This document shows, one piece after another, positions 26,382-39,576 of a DNA stretch of 64,000 bases. Below the pieces are notes generated by a model that saw only the letters and a program-made list of their open reading frames with translations, had not been told where the DNA came from and searched no databases. The translations under genes were made by a program, and so were the position numbers. The stretch spans positions 1,364,001-1,428,000 of the forward strand of contig CM030334.1 in NCBI GenBank assembly GCA_017654855.1, written 5' to 3'. Position 1 is the stretch's first letter. Each line of letters opens with the position of its first letter. The stretch comes from Podospora anserina. Its lineage: Eukaryota.

Positions 26382-27827
26382 ATAAAATCCCTCCCTCACT
26401 TTTCACCCAACTTCATGCTTTCTTGGCAGAGAGTCCACACAACGGACACAATTTGTGCAGCTGTCATCCATCTTCAACTTAGGATTTATCATCTTCGACT
26501 TGATTTACCATCTTCGACTTACAACTATAACCTCTTTTCAGTGATCCTTCTCCCAAAACACCAGCCATCCAGCTTGGATATCAAACACACCCCGAATAAC
26601 GGAGGATAAGAAGACATGATAGTCTACCCCTCTCCTGTTCACTCTCTCTCTTCAACAACACACCCACTCAACCTTCACAACACCCATACATTTAACATCC
26701 TCACCAAATTCGACATTCAAAACTCAACACACATGAAACTCTTACAAGCACCAATCATCATATCATCATTTCAAGATGTAAAAAAACAAAAAAAGAACGG
26801 ACCCAAATTCTCCTTTCAATTTTATCTTTCCCATTCTTTTTTCCGACCAAAAAAAAACCCTACATTTTCGGCTTCCTTGGATCGGAAAAAAAAGAACAGA
26901 AAGAAAGAAGAAAACAATCCAGTCCTATCGAGACCGGACCCAACTATATCGCTTTCAAGGGAACAACAAGAAACGAAAAAAAAAAAAAAAAAACACACAA
27001 CCGTTGTGGTTTAGTAACGCCAAAAAGAAAAAGCAGCAGCAAATCCCAAACCCAGCCCAAGATCCTCTTCCCCCTTCCCCCCCTTTCCGAGCCCTTATTT
27101 CCTTCCCATCCCTCCCTGAAAAGGTTTTACGCCCCAAGAAAAAAAAACCCAAAAAAAAGAGATACCGAAAGTTCAGAAAGGTAAGAATGATTGATCGTGG
27201 TCAAAGGTCAGTTAAAACCAAGCCCACACCCTCTTCGTTTCCCACCTCCGTTTCCTTTCCTCTGCCTTTTTTTCACCCTCTCCCAGCCATTAGTCACAAA
27301 CACACATTCAACCACCCCCGAGCAATCCCATCCCATCTTTCAATCCATCCACCCCCCGTTTTGAGGGACCAGAAAAAAAGACGGTGACCATCACCACCAC
27401 ATATTGAAAGAAACAACCAAAACCAAAAGGATATAATGACCGAAACCAAGAAAAAAAAACAAGACCCGGGCCCGCTGCCAAACTCCAAGCCTGATTTCAT
27501 ATCATTAAGTTGATAAAAGTTGTCGAACCGCCTTTTTTGCGTTCGACCTAACAATAGCAGAAAAAAAAAGGAAAGAAAAAGCAACCATTCAACTGACTTG
27601 CGCAGAGGAAGCCAATGCCGGATGTCGGTTTCCTCTCCCCTTACGCCTAGCCTCTTTCTTCCTTTGATAAACGCTAACTGAAACCCAGCAGCTATCTCCC
27701 AAAACACAATACAACATTTCGACATCTCTATATACTATTACATGGGCATATTGTTCTATGCCGCCACCCCCTTCGGTTTTGCCAGTGTCGCTATAGCCTT
27801 TCGTCACACACCAAGTGGTGGACTACA

Positions 27828-30650
27828 TCAATCCTTTGCAGTGGAGGACGGGGCAACTGAGCCGGTACTTTGGTTGTCGTTCCCACCGGTCTTGGGCGCG
27901 GTCGTCGAAGTCGTTGCACTACCCGTCACAGCTGATGTTGACGGCGCGGAACCCTCCGCTGGAGCAGACTTGGGCTCCTCTGTAGTCGTGGAGGGAGGCT
28001 TGAGGCTTGTCGCGGCCGATGGTCGGCCTTCGTTTATCCTCCGCTTGTAGTCGCTTAGGCTCATCTTCTTCTTCACCGGACTAGGGGCGGGCGCTATGCC
28101 GTTGACTGATGGTGGACCAAATGGACTTGGAAATCCGTTAACAGAGAAAGGTGACTGCATGACCGACCCGCCAGCAGATAACGGGGTGCCGGCGGATAAA
28201 GAGCCAGAAACCGGGCTGCCAAACGCAGGGACTGGAGGCATTTGCACCCGGAGATCGGGCGATTTGTGCTTCATCGACGCCATCGACAATGGGCTAACGA
28301 CCGGTTTTGTAGTTGATGGGGCATCCGTCATGGCCATATCCTTGGAGCTGACAACTGTCGCTGGGCTGCTGTCGGGTCCCTTGGATGAAACCGGAGATGA
28401 TAAGGATAATCCTTGACCGGGCGAAGCATCGGCCCCTGAGATGGAACCGGCATGGTCAATCGCTCTTCGTTTTCTCCTTTCTTCCTCCTCGGCACGGAGC
28501 TGACGACGGTTATCCAAAGCTCTTTTCCTCAAAGCACATCCCACCCTCCGCTGAGGCGTCGCTGTTTCTCGCTCAGGATCCGTCTGGACGGCGGCATCGA
28601 CGTATACTGGTGGATCGGCAGTCGGTACCGGACGAGGAGGGGCAGCAGCGACTGAGCCTTTTCTAGAGGCTGCCTTTTTCGTATGACGACCATGCGGTGG
28701 GATGGTATGAGGGGAAGTGGGCGACCCGGATTTGCTTCGGACAGAGGTACCCGTACCAACGTCGGCATAGAGGCGGTCGGATAAACCATTTGATACGTTT
28801 GATGTTTGCGCAGTCAACTTGGCTTTGGAAGCCCTTGAATGGGGTGCGGCAGTCCCATCTGACACCCGCTTCTTCTTACGGGGCGGTTGCTGCTGCTCCA
28901 TGCGGCGGAACGAGTCTTCCACCATGGCAACCTTTCGCTTGTCGCGGTCCGTCGGCTCGGTAAGTATCCCAAGGGTATCGAATGAACCTTGACGCGCTGT
29001 TGGCGTCATGTCGCGACTCGGTGGTTTGCTGCGGGAGGAGCCAGATATCGACCTATGCTCGTGCTCAGGAGCATCATCCAAGTGGCCCTCACTAGGAGCT
29101 CGGCTGTTGGTGGCATGTCCTGTGCTGCTGGGCGAGATCGCATGCTGAGCTTTCGGCTTGCGCTTCTTGGTCTTTTTTGGTTGTGTCTTGTTTAGGTGTT
29201 TTCTGTGAAACAAGGCAAACGCGCACTCGGGTCCTAGATCACAAGCACACCCTCCAAATTCCGAAAGCACGATCGACACCCAGTTGGCCAGCTTTAGATA
29301 CTCTTCCTCATCGGCGGCAACTTCAGACTGGGCACCCGTCACCTCGTCGCCTAGACCAAGAATTCGGAGCATCCTCGCCTTCTGGGCGGTGGGGAACCTA
29401 AAGTCCCATGCTATCGTGATTTGTTCTCTGGGTGCAATGTCTCGCTCGCTCACGAGCCAGAAGTGATATTCGCCTTCGTCGGAAAGAAACGTGTCAAGGG
29501 CGGCATTTGGCCTGCAACTGCGCCTGACAAAGCGGGCCTCGGAACCCTCTCTTCGGGTATCGATATAAAGGGGGAGGAGAGGGTGAAAGAGTACAAAAGG
29601 GAGCGGGGTGGTGAGGTCGTCCCATCGATTCTCTAGTTCGGCACAGTACTCGGTTTGGAAGCCAATGTGACCATTGACCTCCATAAGCAGCGAGTCCTTT
29701 TCGATTGTCGATGTCGCTCGGAGATCATGCCACTGCAACACTGTCCCTGGCGCGACATTTTTCCTGGTTTGTTGGACCTCGACCTTGCCCCTGAGCGAGC
29801 TGGCATTGTCAGGAAGCTTCGAAAATACATCTTTGCCTGACAGGCCTGTTTCTTTCTTCATCTTTTCCGGATTGCGCAGCCAACTCGTCATCGTGTTGGA
29901 GACTGACAGTCCGGCAAAACTGTTGACCTTGACATTCCGAACAGACGGTTGCTCATTGCAGAGCAGCTGGAAGGTTTGGGAGTAGGTGTGTATCTCAAAG
30001 TCGTCGGGAAGATCGGGAGGGGTGGTGGCAGGACTCAAAGGGTGCGAGTGCGCTGCTTTGGCATTGCCATAGGAAGGACTTCGTTTCGGGCCCGGCGCGC
30101 TGATCGACTGACTGGACTTGTGTGAGCCCTTCGTCTTCTTGCTGGGCTGGCGGTTGTCGTGTGGAGCGGGATGTTTTGTCGCATGTTCTATGCTGTGGTG
30201 GCCATGTCCGTTGATCTGGAGATCTGTTGGCTTTGGCTTCTTCTTGTGGCTCTTGGTGGGAGGGCGCTTCGGCTTCTTATCCGACGGATCTGCCGCCAGG
30301 GGGCCTGCTATCCTGGCTCGCTGACGTTCATGTGCCTGCTGTGAATCGATGCTCCGTGGATCACAGTCCACGCAAGAATGCGGGAAGTCGGCAGCAGAGA
30401 CATCCTCGACCTTATCGGGATAGTAGCACTCGATATGCTGCCACGTTTCGCATGACTCGCAGAAGATAGTATTACCATCATCGTCTGGATAATTGCACAC
30501 ACACTTTATCGTGTATGGCTCTTCCTCGACAGGCTCCGGCCTCGGCAGATCATCTCGAACCGCAGCGGCTGCTGGAGGCAAAAACGAAGCTGGTGAAGTC
30601 TGATTAGGAGGCGCGAAAGGCGTCTGCAATGGTGGGAGCTTGTCTGTCAT
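27828..30650 (-). CDS. SET3: PHD-finger + SET-domain protein (Set3/Set4-like)
   Basis: 940-aa intronless ORF. PHD (IKCVCNYPDDDGNTIFCESCETWQHIECY..CVDC), divergent SET (YIDTRREGSEARFVRRSCRPNA...EQITIAWD), C-terminal KKKMSLSDYK motif. Confidence 0.9.
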   Translation of the reverse strand: MTDKLPPLQTPFAPPNQTSPASFLPPAAAAVRDDLPRPEPVEEEPYTIKCVCNYPDDDGNTIFCESCETWQHIECYYPDKVEDVSAADFPHSCVDCDPRSIDSQQAHERQRARIAGPLAADPSDKKPKRPPTKSHKKKPKPTDLQINGHGHHSIEHATKHPAPHDNRQPSKKTKGSHKSSQSISAPGPKRSPSYGNAKAAHSHPLSPATTPPDLPDDFEIHTYSQTFQLLCNEQPSVRNVKVNSFAGLSVSNTMTSWLRNPEKMKKETGLSGKDVFSKLPDNASSLRGKVEVQQTRKNVAPGTVLQWHDLRATSTIEKDSLLMEVNGHIGFQTEYCAELENRWDDLTTPLPFVLFHPLLPLYIDTRREGSEARFVRRSCRPNAALDTFLSDEGEYHFWLVSERDIAPREQITIAWDFRFPTAQKARMLRILGLGDEVTGAQSEVAADEEEYLKLANWVSIVLSEFGGCACDLGPECAFALFHRKHLNKTQPKKTKKRKPKAQHAISPSSTGHATNSRAPSEGHLDDAPEHEHRSISGSSRSKPPSRDMTPTARQGSFDTLGILTEPTDRDKRKVAMVEDSFRRMEQQQPPRKKKRVSDGTAAPHSRASKAKLTAQTSNVSNGLSDRLYADVGTGTSVRSKSGSPTSPHTIPPHGRHTKKAASRKGSVAAAPPRPVPTADPPVYVDAAVQTDPERETATPQRRVGCALRKRALDNRRQLRAEEEERRKRRAIDHAGSISGADASPGQGLSLSSPVSSKGPDSSPATVVSSKDMAMTDAPSTTKPVVSPLSMASMKHKSPDLRVQMPPVPAFGSPVSGSLSAGTPLSAGGSVMQSPFSVNGFPSPFGPPSVNGIAPAPSPVKKKMSLSDYKRRINEGRPSAATSLKPPSTTTEEPKSAPAEGSAPSTSAVTGSATTSTTAPKTGGNDNQSTGSVAPSSTAKD

Positions 30651-33600
30651 AATCTTGATGATAACCTCGCGATGGCGGGATGACCGAGGGATTGTACGGA
30701 TGATTATCTTTTTGGTCTGAAGGGCATACTGGTCGCGCGATTTGACGCGATTGACCGTAAGGTATGTGCCGCAATGAGGATTGGACCGGAGAAGAGGAGG
30801 GTGTCATCCGTTTGATCTGACGATGTGATCAACCCACGGGAGGGATCCGACGACGCCGATGGGATGCCCGCCTCGAGAGGCAATCAGAGACGGACGCGAG
30901 CTGCCAGTGAATGATGGTTATCCCCTTCTGGCTCGCGAATCGATCGGTTGGTCGGCTGCGTGGCTGGCCGGGTCGGTCGGGGTTGTTGTAGAGAAAGGGC
31001 CCTGTAGAAGGACACGTCTTGTTGTTGGGGTCGCGGTGGAAGCTCGATCAGCAAAATGAATAAAATATGTCGCTGTCAAGCTAGGACGATGGTGAGTCAG
31101 ACTGGCTCGCGGTGTTGCTGAAAGGGAAACCCGAAAACGGTGTGGGTGTCGAGAGTAAAAATGTGGCGATCGTCACGAAAGGCTCTCTTGACGGGAGCAC
31201 AATGGTGGTGGTGAGCGAGGAAGAAGCGCCTCGAGGACAAAGGTGCTCGAGCAGGCAGTAGGCGGGAATAAATCGCGAGGCGCAATGGTTGGAAATCCAG
31301 CTCGGGTGGTCGAGAGGCGAGCGACGAATGGGTGACGCGAAAAATGCGGACTGAATAAAGAGAGGAAGAGTTTGAAGGGGAGGAGGAGTGGGAAAGTGCA
31401 AGAGCAGAGAGGGGGGCCCACAACAACGAGGAACCAGAGAAGAGAGAGAGAGAGGAGCGCTGCCACTTGCCCACCCGCCCACAGCACGCTGCGCTGCGTT
31501 CAGTAAAGCCCCGTGTGCCAAAAGAATGGGTCTGCGACCTGGGACTGGGACTGGGACCGGGGGGGGGCCACTGGGACAAGTTGCCCAGAGCAGAGGGAAT
31601 GTGAAAGCACAGACCAGGCGAGCCGTGACTTTGCATTGGCAAAGCCTTGGGGGGATTCGGGTGAGAGGTCAAGGACCTTGCTTGAGCTTCTTTTTGGGGG
31701 GGTAGGGAGGGTGTGGCCGAAGACGAAGAGCCGAGGAAGACGACCTGAGAGTTGCCATCTGAACCTTTTCAGCAGCATTCTTCTTGTTCACCCAGTCCTG
31801 TCGGCGATGGGGCTTCTAGCGCGCGACGCCGACAACGAAAAGAAAATTGAGGAGCGAGTGAGGGCAAACCCAACCTTGGAAAGTACCCGAGTACACTAGC
31901 CTCCAAGCGCCACTTTGCTGGTGCAGTTGGTTGGTTGGATGCCGTCGGCGGCAGAGGTGCCTGAGGCATCACTCCAGGCAGTGCAGTGCCCCAATGAAGG
32001 GAAAACTCAGGGTGAAGGTTGGTGGGCATTGTTGGTTCAGAGGGCGCCCTCGGGATTGGAGGAGGGGAAGATGCGGGCGGGGCTCCCTTGGTGGTTGATT
32101 GAACGCACCGGTAGGTTGCTTTGCGCACCAAATCGCCCTCGGACTGAGGTGACTGACTCTTGACTGCTTGCCTGAGCTGAAGGGCGGGGAAAAGGAGGTC
32201 GTTCGCACACAGCGACATGCAAACTGTCAGCAGCAAAATCCTGCACACCTCGTGCAGATACTGTGGTAGATATCGCCGGGAGTACTGGAAATGAGTGATA
32301 ATGGAGAAGAGACACAAACCAGAAGTTGTAAAAGTGTCGGCAGCTCGCAGTTAGCAGAGCCGGCGAGTTTGGCTCCATATAAGAGGAGTGGTGGTGAGGA
32401 GTTGCCCACGACTAGGCCGGGAAAATTTTGCGGGTTGCAGTGGGTTTGCAATGCTGAAAGGAAGGTTTGAGAAAAGGAGAAAAAGGGAGCATGTTGGTGA
32501 TGGCAGGGAATCCCACAGCACAGAGGTCGCCGGAGAAACTCCTGAGCTGCTGTGAGCAAAAAAACAGGCCACCCTGTGAAGTGGATGGCCTGAAAGGGTG
32601 CCTTGCCTTGCTCATTGGTGTTCGCCGTGGGGTCGTGGTGTACTGTGCGCAAGGCTGCGAAGAGGGCGGGGGTTGAGAAGCATGGCCCCGTTTTTCTCTC
32701 TCGACCATCTATAATTCCCATCATCCAGCAAATGCCAGATACTTTTCCAGGCCTGGCAGCCGTGTAGGGTGAATTCTACTTTTTGTGATCCGATTGGCAA
32801 ACAGTGCCGCGTGAAAGCTTTGCCTCTTGGTTTTCTTTCACCCAGATGATTCACCCCCTAGACCCCTGAGCTTGATGACACCTTACACTGCCGTAGACAC
32901 CTGTCCACACCGTGAATCAGTTCACAGCAAAAGCTCACCCTGTCTGAAAACATTGGACGTGCAAGTGCAAGGACATGGAAGCTCTCTGCTGGCGCTGGTG
33001 CTTGTAAGATGTGGTCCGTTTCCGGGACTACCTGTCTGACGTCACGTTTCCAGATTTCCATCTGTTGTCGGTGCCAAGTCTTTCTCAAGAGGCCGTATTG
33101 GAGAATGCTTTCCAGAAGAAGTCCGTTGTAGAGTCATCAACGCCAGTGCCTTGATAAACATCACCCTACTATGAGCTTGTGGCGGGGTAGATAGATCTCC
33201 AGCGATAAGACTACTTCCTGGACGAATCCTGCTAAAAGGAGGATAGGGGTCTCGCATCAAGGCCTTTCCAAAAGACACTGCGACCAAACATCACCAATAT
33301 GTTGCCATCGTTGCACCGTGCTACAGCATGGTTGCTTTGCAGGACCGCAACAACCTTTTGCCCCACCAGCGCGCGACCGAGTCACGAAGCTCCCACGACT
33401 GATATCCAGGGGCAAAGGTCCGGCAGAGTCTCAGACAAGCATGAGGCCGTTGCTGATAAGGTAGGGAAGCTAGCTCGTGGCTGGCGTGGGTGCTGCTGGG
33501 TTGTAAGCTGTTGTGAACTGGACATCTCGTAGGAATTATTGGTGTCACGTCTGCTTCCGCACATTTGACTAACAAACAATGGCTATCGGAAGCTGGGAGC

Positions 33601-34333
33601 CGTTCCACCATGCTGGCTACGCAGGTCCCGTCCTCTCATCGTCTTGCCATTCTGTCGGCCGAATTCATGTTGGTGTATGTCATCTGCTAGCAACCTGTCA
33701 GCAATCATCAAATCATGTACTGACCGATATAAAAGAGTTCATCAGCAATAATCCTAGATATACACAATCTGGATTCCGAGAGGACTGTCTGTGATGGACA
33801 AGTTTAAATCTTGGAAAAGTCCACGATGTCCATCCGTATCGCTTGGAGAGATCCTGTGTGCGGGGGTCTGCAGATTCACGTTGGACCCCTGTTTCGGCCC
33901 GCCACTCCCAAGCGGTGATTGGTTTGCAAAGGCAAAAGTGCCCACCCCGGTTCACATGACACGCCCCCAATGAGACAAGTGTCTGTGGCGCCCCAGGTTC
34001 CTGCCGTGCACGGCCGCCCGCTGGAAAGAAGGCTGGATCACCCATGACGTGCGGTTGGGGTTTTGGAGGCGGCCAACCACGGGCAGCAGGCGAATGACAC
34101 CGCCCGCCTCTCTGCTCAACAGTAAAGCCAGTCAGCCGCTCCGTTTGTCGCCATCATCATCGACCTCTCATCAACTTGCAAAATAATCACCTGTCAGAAA
34201 CTTGTTGATTTTCACACGCGGAATCAACCATCAATTCCGCCATCAAAATCCCACGACAACAGAAGCCAGTTGTCACCGGGCCATCATCTTCCCCCGCATT
34301 TTCCCTGTTCTCCACCGATAACCAGCCCTCACC

Positions 34334-35016
34334 ATGAGGTTCTCAACAACCCTTCTCGCCCTCGCCACGGCGGTCAGCGCGAACCCCCTCAACACCTTCC
34401 GCAGTGAGAAGCAATCACTTGTCCGCCGCGACGATCTTCAAATTCCCGGTGATAACCCCCTCAAGTACTGCGATGCCGACCGCGGGGACGATATCATCAC
34501 TATCGAGAAGGTGGACTTGAGTCCAAACCCACCTGAGGCGTATGTGTACCAAAATCAGATGTCAATCATATCAACATGACAAAAAAACAGAAATCTAACA
34601 TTTTCTTCCCCCAGTGGCACCACCCTCATCATCGAGGCCAGCGGCACGGTCAAGGAGACCATCCTCGAAGGCGCCTACGTCAACCTCCAGGTCAAGTACG
34701 GCTACATCCGCCTCATTAACACCCAGGCCGATCTCTGCAAGGAGATCAAGAACGTCGACCTTGACTGCCCGATTGAGAAGGGCAAGATCTCCATCACCAA
34801 GTCTGTTGACCTCCCCAAGGAGATCCCACCTGTATGTTTTCTATCACTATCACCCTCTCCTACAACAACAACAACAACCCATGCTGACTATTAAATTAGG
34901 GAAAATACACCGTCGAGGCCGACGTCTACACCGTGGACGACGAACACATCACCTGCTTGACCGCCACCGTTGTTTTCGGCAAGAAGTCGTTCGGCAACAT
35001 CCTTGGTGACTTGTAG
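34334..35016 (+). CDS. NPC2: ML-domain lipid/sterol transfer protein (NPC2 / PG-PI transfer protein)
   Basis: Signal peptide. Exons 34334-34539, 34615-34831, 34900-35016. IPGDNPLKYC, VDLSPNPP, VKYGYIRL...DLC...CP, EIPPGKYTV...ITCLTA. Confidence 0.92.
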
Positions 35017-35547
35017 GATCCTCCAAGCAAGGGTGTCAAACCGCTGTCCAATGTGTAATATGCTGTAATGCCGTTATGGATATGAAGGGGGCGAAGGGAT
35101 GGATCGGTGGGGGGTGGTCCATGGAAAGATTGTACTGTTTATACACACGCCTTTGCACATGCATTCTGTGGGACGTTTTGGGGAGCGCAATTGCTTGGGA
35201 TTCGTTTCATTCCGTTCGTTTTTATCAGGGTAGTCTGGGAGTTTTGTTGTTTTTCTGGCTTGTTTGCTGTTTTCATTGCATTGTTTGTGAGAGAAGTAGC
35301 ATATTGAATGGTAGTAAAGGAGTCTTTGAGGCTTGCTATACTGGAATACACAGGAACATCATTATGCTTCGTCTAACCGCCTCCTGTTGGTGTTTTAATG
35401 TTGTGATCACCCACCCACCCACATGCTCTGTCACATTTCCAATCCCCAACTCGGTCATATCATTGCGTCTCCCGACTCACACTGCCAACCTTTATGTTTC
35501 CCCTTCCAAATCCCGCCTCTTGATCATGACGCCCATTGCGCACCAAC

Positions 35548-36072
35548 TTATTCACCAAACAGCCTTCTCACCCTCCTCAGCACGCTGTCCTTTTCGGGGT
35601 CATAAGGGTGGTCTTTGGAGGGGATCTCGAGGACGGTGGGGAAGGCCTGGGTGTAGGTATCGATACGGTAGCGTATCCGATCTGCGATCTATATCCTCAC
35701 ATCGTCATCATCATATCAACCCCCATTCTGTTTGTTCTTGATTACGTGTGGGGAGGGAGGGAGGAAAACGTACATGTTGGTTGATGAGCACGATGCCAAT
35801 GTCTTTGCGCTCGGTGGTGAACTTTTCAAAGGTGGACTCGATGGCCGAGGTTTCGGTTTTGGCGTCGACGACGAGGAAGTTTTTTTGGTTGTCGGGGGGG
35901 GAAGTTACGTGCTGGAGGGGAGGGGGGGTTAGCATCGGGAGGGGGGAAGGGGTTGGGGGGATTGGGGAGGAGAACATACACCAATGCCGGCGAGGAGAAG
36001 GCCAGTAACGGAGTCCTCGTCTCCTATCACGGCGAGGAATTGCCTGTCTTTGTAGTCTGCTTGGGAGGCCAT
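35548..36072 (-). CDS. VMA7: V-type ATPase subunit F
   Basis: Exons 36072-35980, 35911-35774, 35688-35548. [61 protein letters not shown]. Confidence 0.96.
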
Positions 36073-36806
36073 GGCTGGCGCTCCGGGGGTGGAGGAAAGG
36101 GGGAGAGGTTTACGGTATTGTGATTGTGTGTGCGTGTCAAATAAATGCGACTGCGACAAAAGGAGGAGTTCAGTTGGAGGGGGAAGTTGTCGTGTAAGTT
36201 GGTTTTGTTGATGTTGACGATGGTGAGGAGGAGCGGGCAGTTCCAACCAACCCCACAGTGGTGATGCTGTAACAAGAGCCAACTGAAGTGACGCCCGCCG
36301 CCGCAATAGACAGTGGATATGCCAGGAGCTCTGACCAACAAGCCAAGCCTGCGCTAGTGGGCTGGCTGCCTGCGTTCGAGTGCCGGGGGTGTGATCCCTG
36401 TCCCCGGCAATTTTCCGCTTGTGGAGAGAGCTTCCCTTCTGGTCTGGTCTGGCTGGTTGCGGGTTTGTTAAAAAAAAAAAAAAAAAGTAAACAATTGCAA
36501 CGTTGAAGGGGGAAAAGAAGAGGCAAATTTGCGACTTTCTTTCTTTTTATTTCTAGCGGGCAAAAACACTGACAACTTTCACGCCGACAGAGTGAAATCT
36601 TTGTTTCTGGCAGGGAAAAAGGTGAAAGATTGAAGGGTCTTTTCTTTCACATTTTTAACGCAGATGGGGATTTGAGAACAAGTCGTGGTGGTGACTTCAT
36701 TGAGCGGCCGAGCGAAAAGAGGGACGGACGACCGAGTTGCGCGATTGCATACCGCAGCGAACGGATAACTTTGACTTAAGAAGACAACACATCTACACTA
36801 CACACG

Positions 36807-38513
36807 ATGCCGCCGACGCGCCTGGTACGGCGACAGCCGTTGTCGGAGAGGATCAAGGCCCGTCTGAATCCTGGCGACTTTTATCTGTGGCTTTCGGAGG
36901 AGATCCAGACGTTTGACTGGGACTCTACCGCTTTCGGCACTCGGTTTGGACTTGCGGCCAACTTTCTCTTCTTGATTGCGAGGGCTAATATCGTCTCGCG
37001 TCCGGATGTGGATGATGTTTTTGGCGATGCTCCGGCCAGTGGCCCGTTGACCTTCTTGGTGAGTTCTCTCTTTTTGATGCAGAGATAGTTGGAGCTGACA
37101 GATGATCAGGCTCGTTTTAGCATGTGGGCTTTGACTGCCATCTCTTGCCTGAACGCCTTTTACACCCTGACCCGATCGCGTACCTACCGTCTATTCGAGG
37201 CAAACGTCGAGCAAAATGCCCCCTCCACGCCCTCTGCGCATCGCGTCCGCGTCGATTCTTCACCCGCGTCTTCGAGCCTATTGGGCGTAATCCAGAGCCT
37301 CCTGAGTTCCGAAACTGCCGAGCAGCGAGCGCACCCCGACAAGACACGCGATGTGTGGGAGATGAAGGTCTGGGATCCGTATCCGGCCACGCTTCGCCTG
37401 TTCTGCTTGTTCAGCCCCGGCCACGTCTTGATTCACTGGCTCTTCTTGCCTCTCGTTGCCATGGACCCCCGCCCCAGCGTCACCGTTTTCAAGTGCATGG
37501 CTCTGCAAGCCATCCTCTCCGCCCAGATGTGGCTCATGCACTCCAAGTTCACCCGTCAGGGCAAGGACAACGCCATCATTCAGAAGGAGGTCATGCATGA
37601 GTACGACGTCAAGTATGTCCACCCTAGACTGCACCCTGTCTACCGCGAGGTTGGCATACAGGTCTCCATCAACGACGACAAGATCGAACAGGAATACGTC
37701 GCTGTTGGGACGCCATCCTCTGTCATCCGTCGTAACTTTGAGACGCACCCCAACCCGAACTACGCCAAGATCATCGACCCCGACGGGCTTCAGGCCATCA
37801 AGCCGAGAAACACATTTGCTGGCACACCTAGGGGGCGCGTTTCCACAAACCCATTCACCCCCCTCGCGGCGAAAACAGCTAGACCCAGCACCCCAGGCAC
37901 CATCTCGACCCCCTCGGCCCAACTCCTCGGCTACCCCGACCGCGGAGACCACCACCACCTCCCGGCCTCAGTAACTGTTAACCGCAGAAGCACCGCCGCC
38001 CCGGCCGTTTCGTCGACCGGGTCCTTTACCAAATCTTTTACTTCCTCGTTTGAAAACGAAGCCTCGACCCCTGTCCCTCAACCCCCGTCAATGAACAGGG
38101 CTGTCTCCCCCTTCAAGGCAGGAACGCCGATGCGGTCTAGCTCGGGAACCAACCCGCTGGGTGTCCCCCCGAGCTACGGCGGAAGTCTAGGGCTGCATCA
38201 GCACAAGGACAGCCCCCTGAAGAAGGCGATGAGCATGGAGGGGATCGGGAGGTCGCCGAGGAACAACAGGGAGATGGCGGCGCTGGAGCAGAGGCAGTTG
38301 AATGAGAGGTTTAGGGAGAGGAGCAGTCCTGTTAAGCAAAGGTTGCAGGGTACTCTGGGGATTGAGCAGGAGGAGGAGGGCGAGGAGGAGGAGGAGGGGA
38401 ACAATAATGCAAGTATTGGGGATGGGAGTAGTTTGGCGCATTCACCGGAGAAGTTGGCGAATTTGAGGGCTACTAGGTGGACGCAGGAGAGGTTTCCCAC
38501 TCGGAGGTTGTGA
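36807..38513 (+). CDS. NUR1: Nuclear rim protein Nur1 / Mug154-like
   Basis: Intron 37059-37109. RLVRRQPLSERI..LNP.DF.LW N-terminus, TM segments, R.YRLFE, WDP....LRLFCLFSPGH, EVMHEYD.KYVHPRL; low-complexity tail. Confidence 0.82.
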
Positions 38514-39576
38514 TGGAAGGTAAGGTTGCTTATTTCTATGCCTGACTTTGCTACCTATGATATGGCAACAATGGGGGAGATGGGGGAACTGGACGGCGTT
38601 CTTGGGGCCTGGATTTTTGCTGAGAAATAAGGGCATGGGGACGGTGGTTTCATGCATTTTATGGGGTCTTGGGATGGGGCGTTTTTTTTTTTGGTGGTGT
38701 ATTGTTCATGCCTTGTGTTGTCTGCCCTGGTGCCTTACTTGTGGGTGAGGGCGGATGATATAAATTAGAGTAGTAATTGATTTTTATCAGCTTTTGGTCA
38801 ATCTTGAGGGAGGGTGTGTGATGGTGTGTCATCCTCTCTCTACGAGAGAGAGCGAACGTTGGTGAACTTCTCTCGAAGGAAAGGTCTAGATGTTTTATAC
38901 ATTTCAAAGGGTCGTCTTGGGGGCGTCAAGATTGTCATCACGCTACACGCTGCCAAGTTAGGAAGAGCTTACGCAGGTAGTAAGGTTACTAAGCTATGAA
39001 AATATCACACGCAGGTGTTAATATTGAACCTAATCATTTTTCTCTACCTCGCTGTTTTCCCATGTGATACCGTGAAAGAGCCACACCGAAACACGATATA
39101 ATAAAATTTATATACCGCTCAAAAATAAAAAATAAATAAAAAGCAATAATATTTTGCCACGTTTGTCAAGGTCACGTCTTCCGCTCTGAGGGTGCTCAAT
39201 CCTCTTGTTCCCTGGGAATAAGAATCGTTTTCATTGCAAAACCGTCCAAATCCTCCCCCCAGACCATGACCGCAACGTAGCCTGGCGGAGGTTCGCCATT
39301 AAAATCATCGGTCGTTTCAATCTCACCCGCCGTCCTAGCTGTGGGGGAGAGTGATCGAAGAGACTCACTGTAACTTGGAGCACCGCTGTTGTACGTAGGC
39401 TGACTCTCCGAATCTGAAAGATCATCCCCAAGCCCAGCCTCGAGTGATGCCAAAGACGAATCGCCAGAAACTTCCTAAAGCTCGCTCTGCTCTACCTCAG
39501 ACTCAGGAGTCGGTTCACCCTGAAGATTCTGGCCTTCCTCCACCTCGGCAGAAGACTGGTCGTCACGCGTACCATC

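Noticed and set aside
6431-30650. SAP30 and SET3-like (both HDAC-complex subunits) as a functional cluster
   Set aside because: They are 20 kb apart with unrelated genes between; probably coincidental.
35014-35058. NPC2 TAG-G stop with in-frame continuation (DPPSKGVKPLSNV*)
   Set aside because: Only 13 codons with no recognisable motif; expected by chance.
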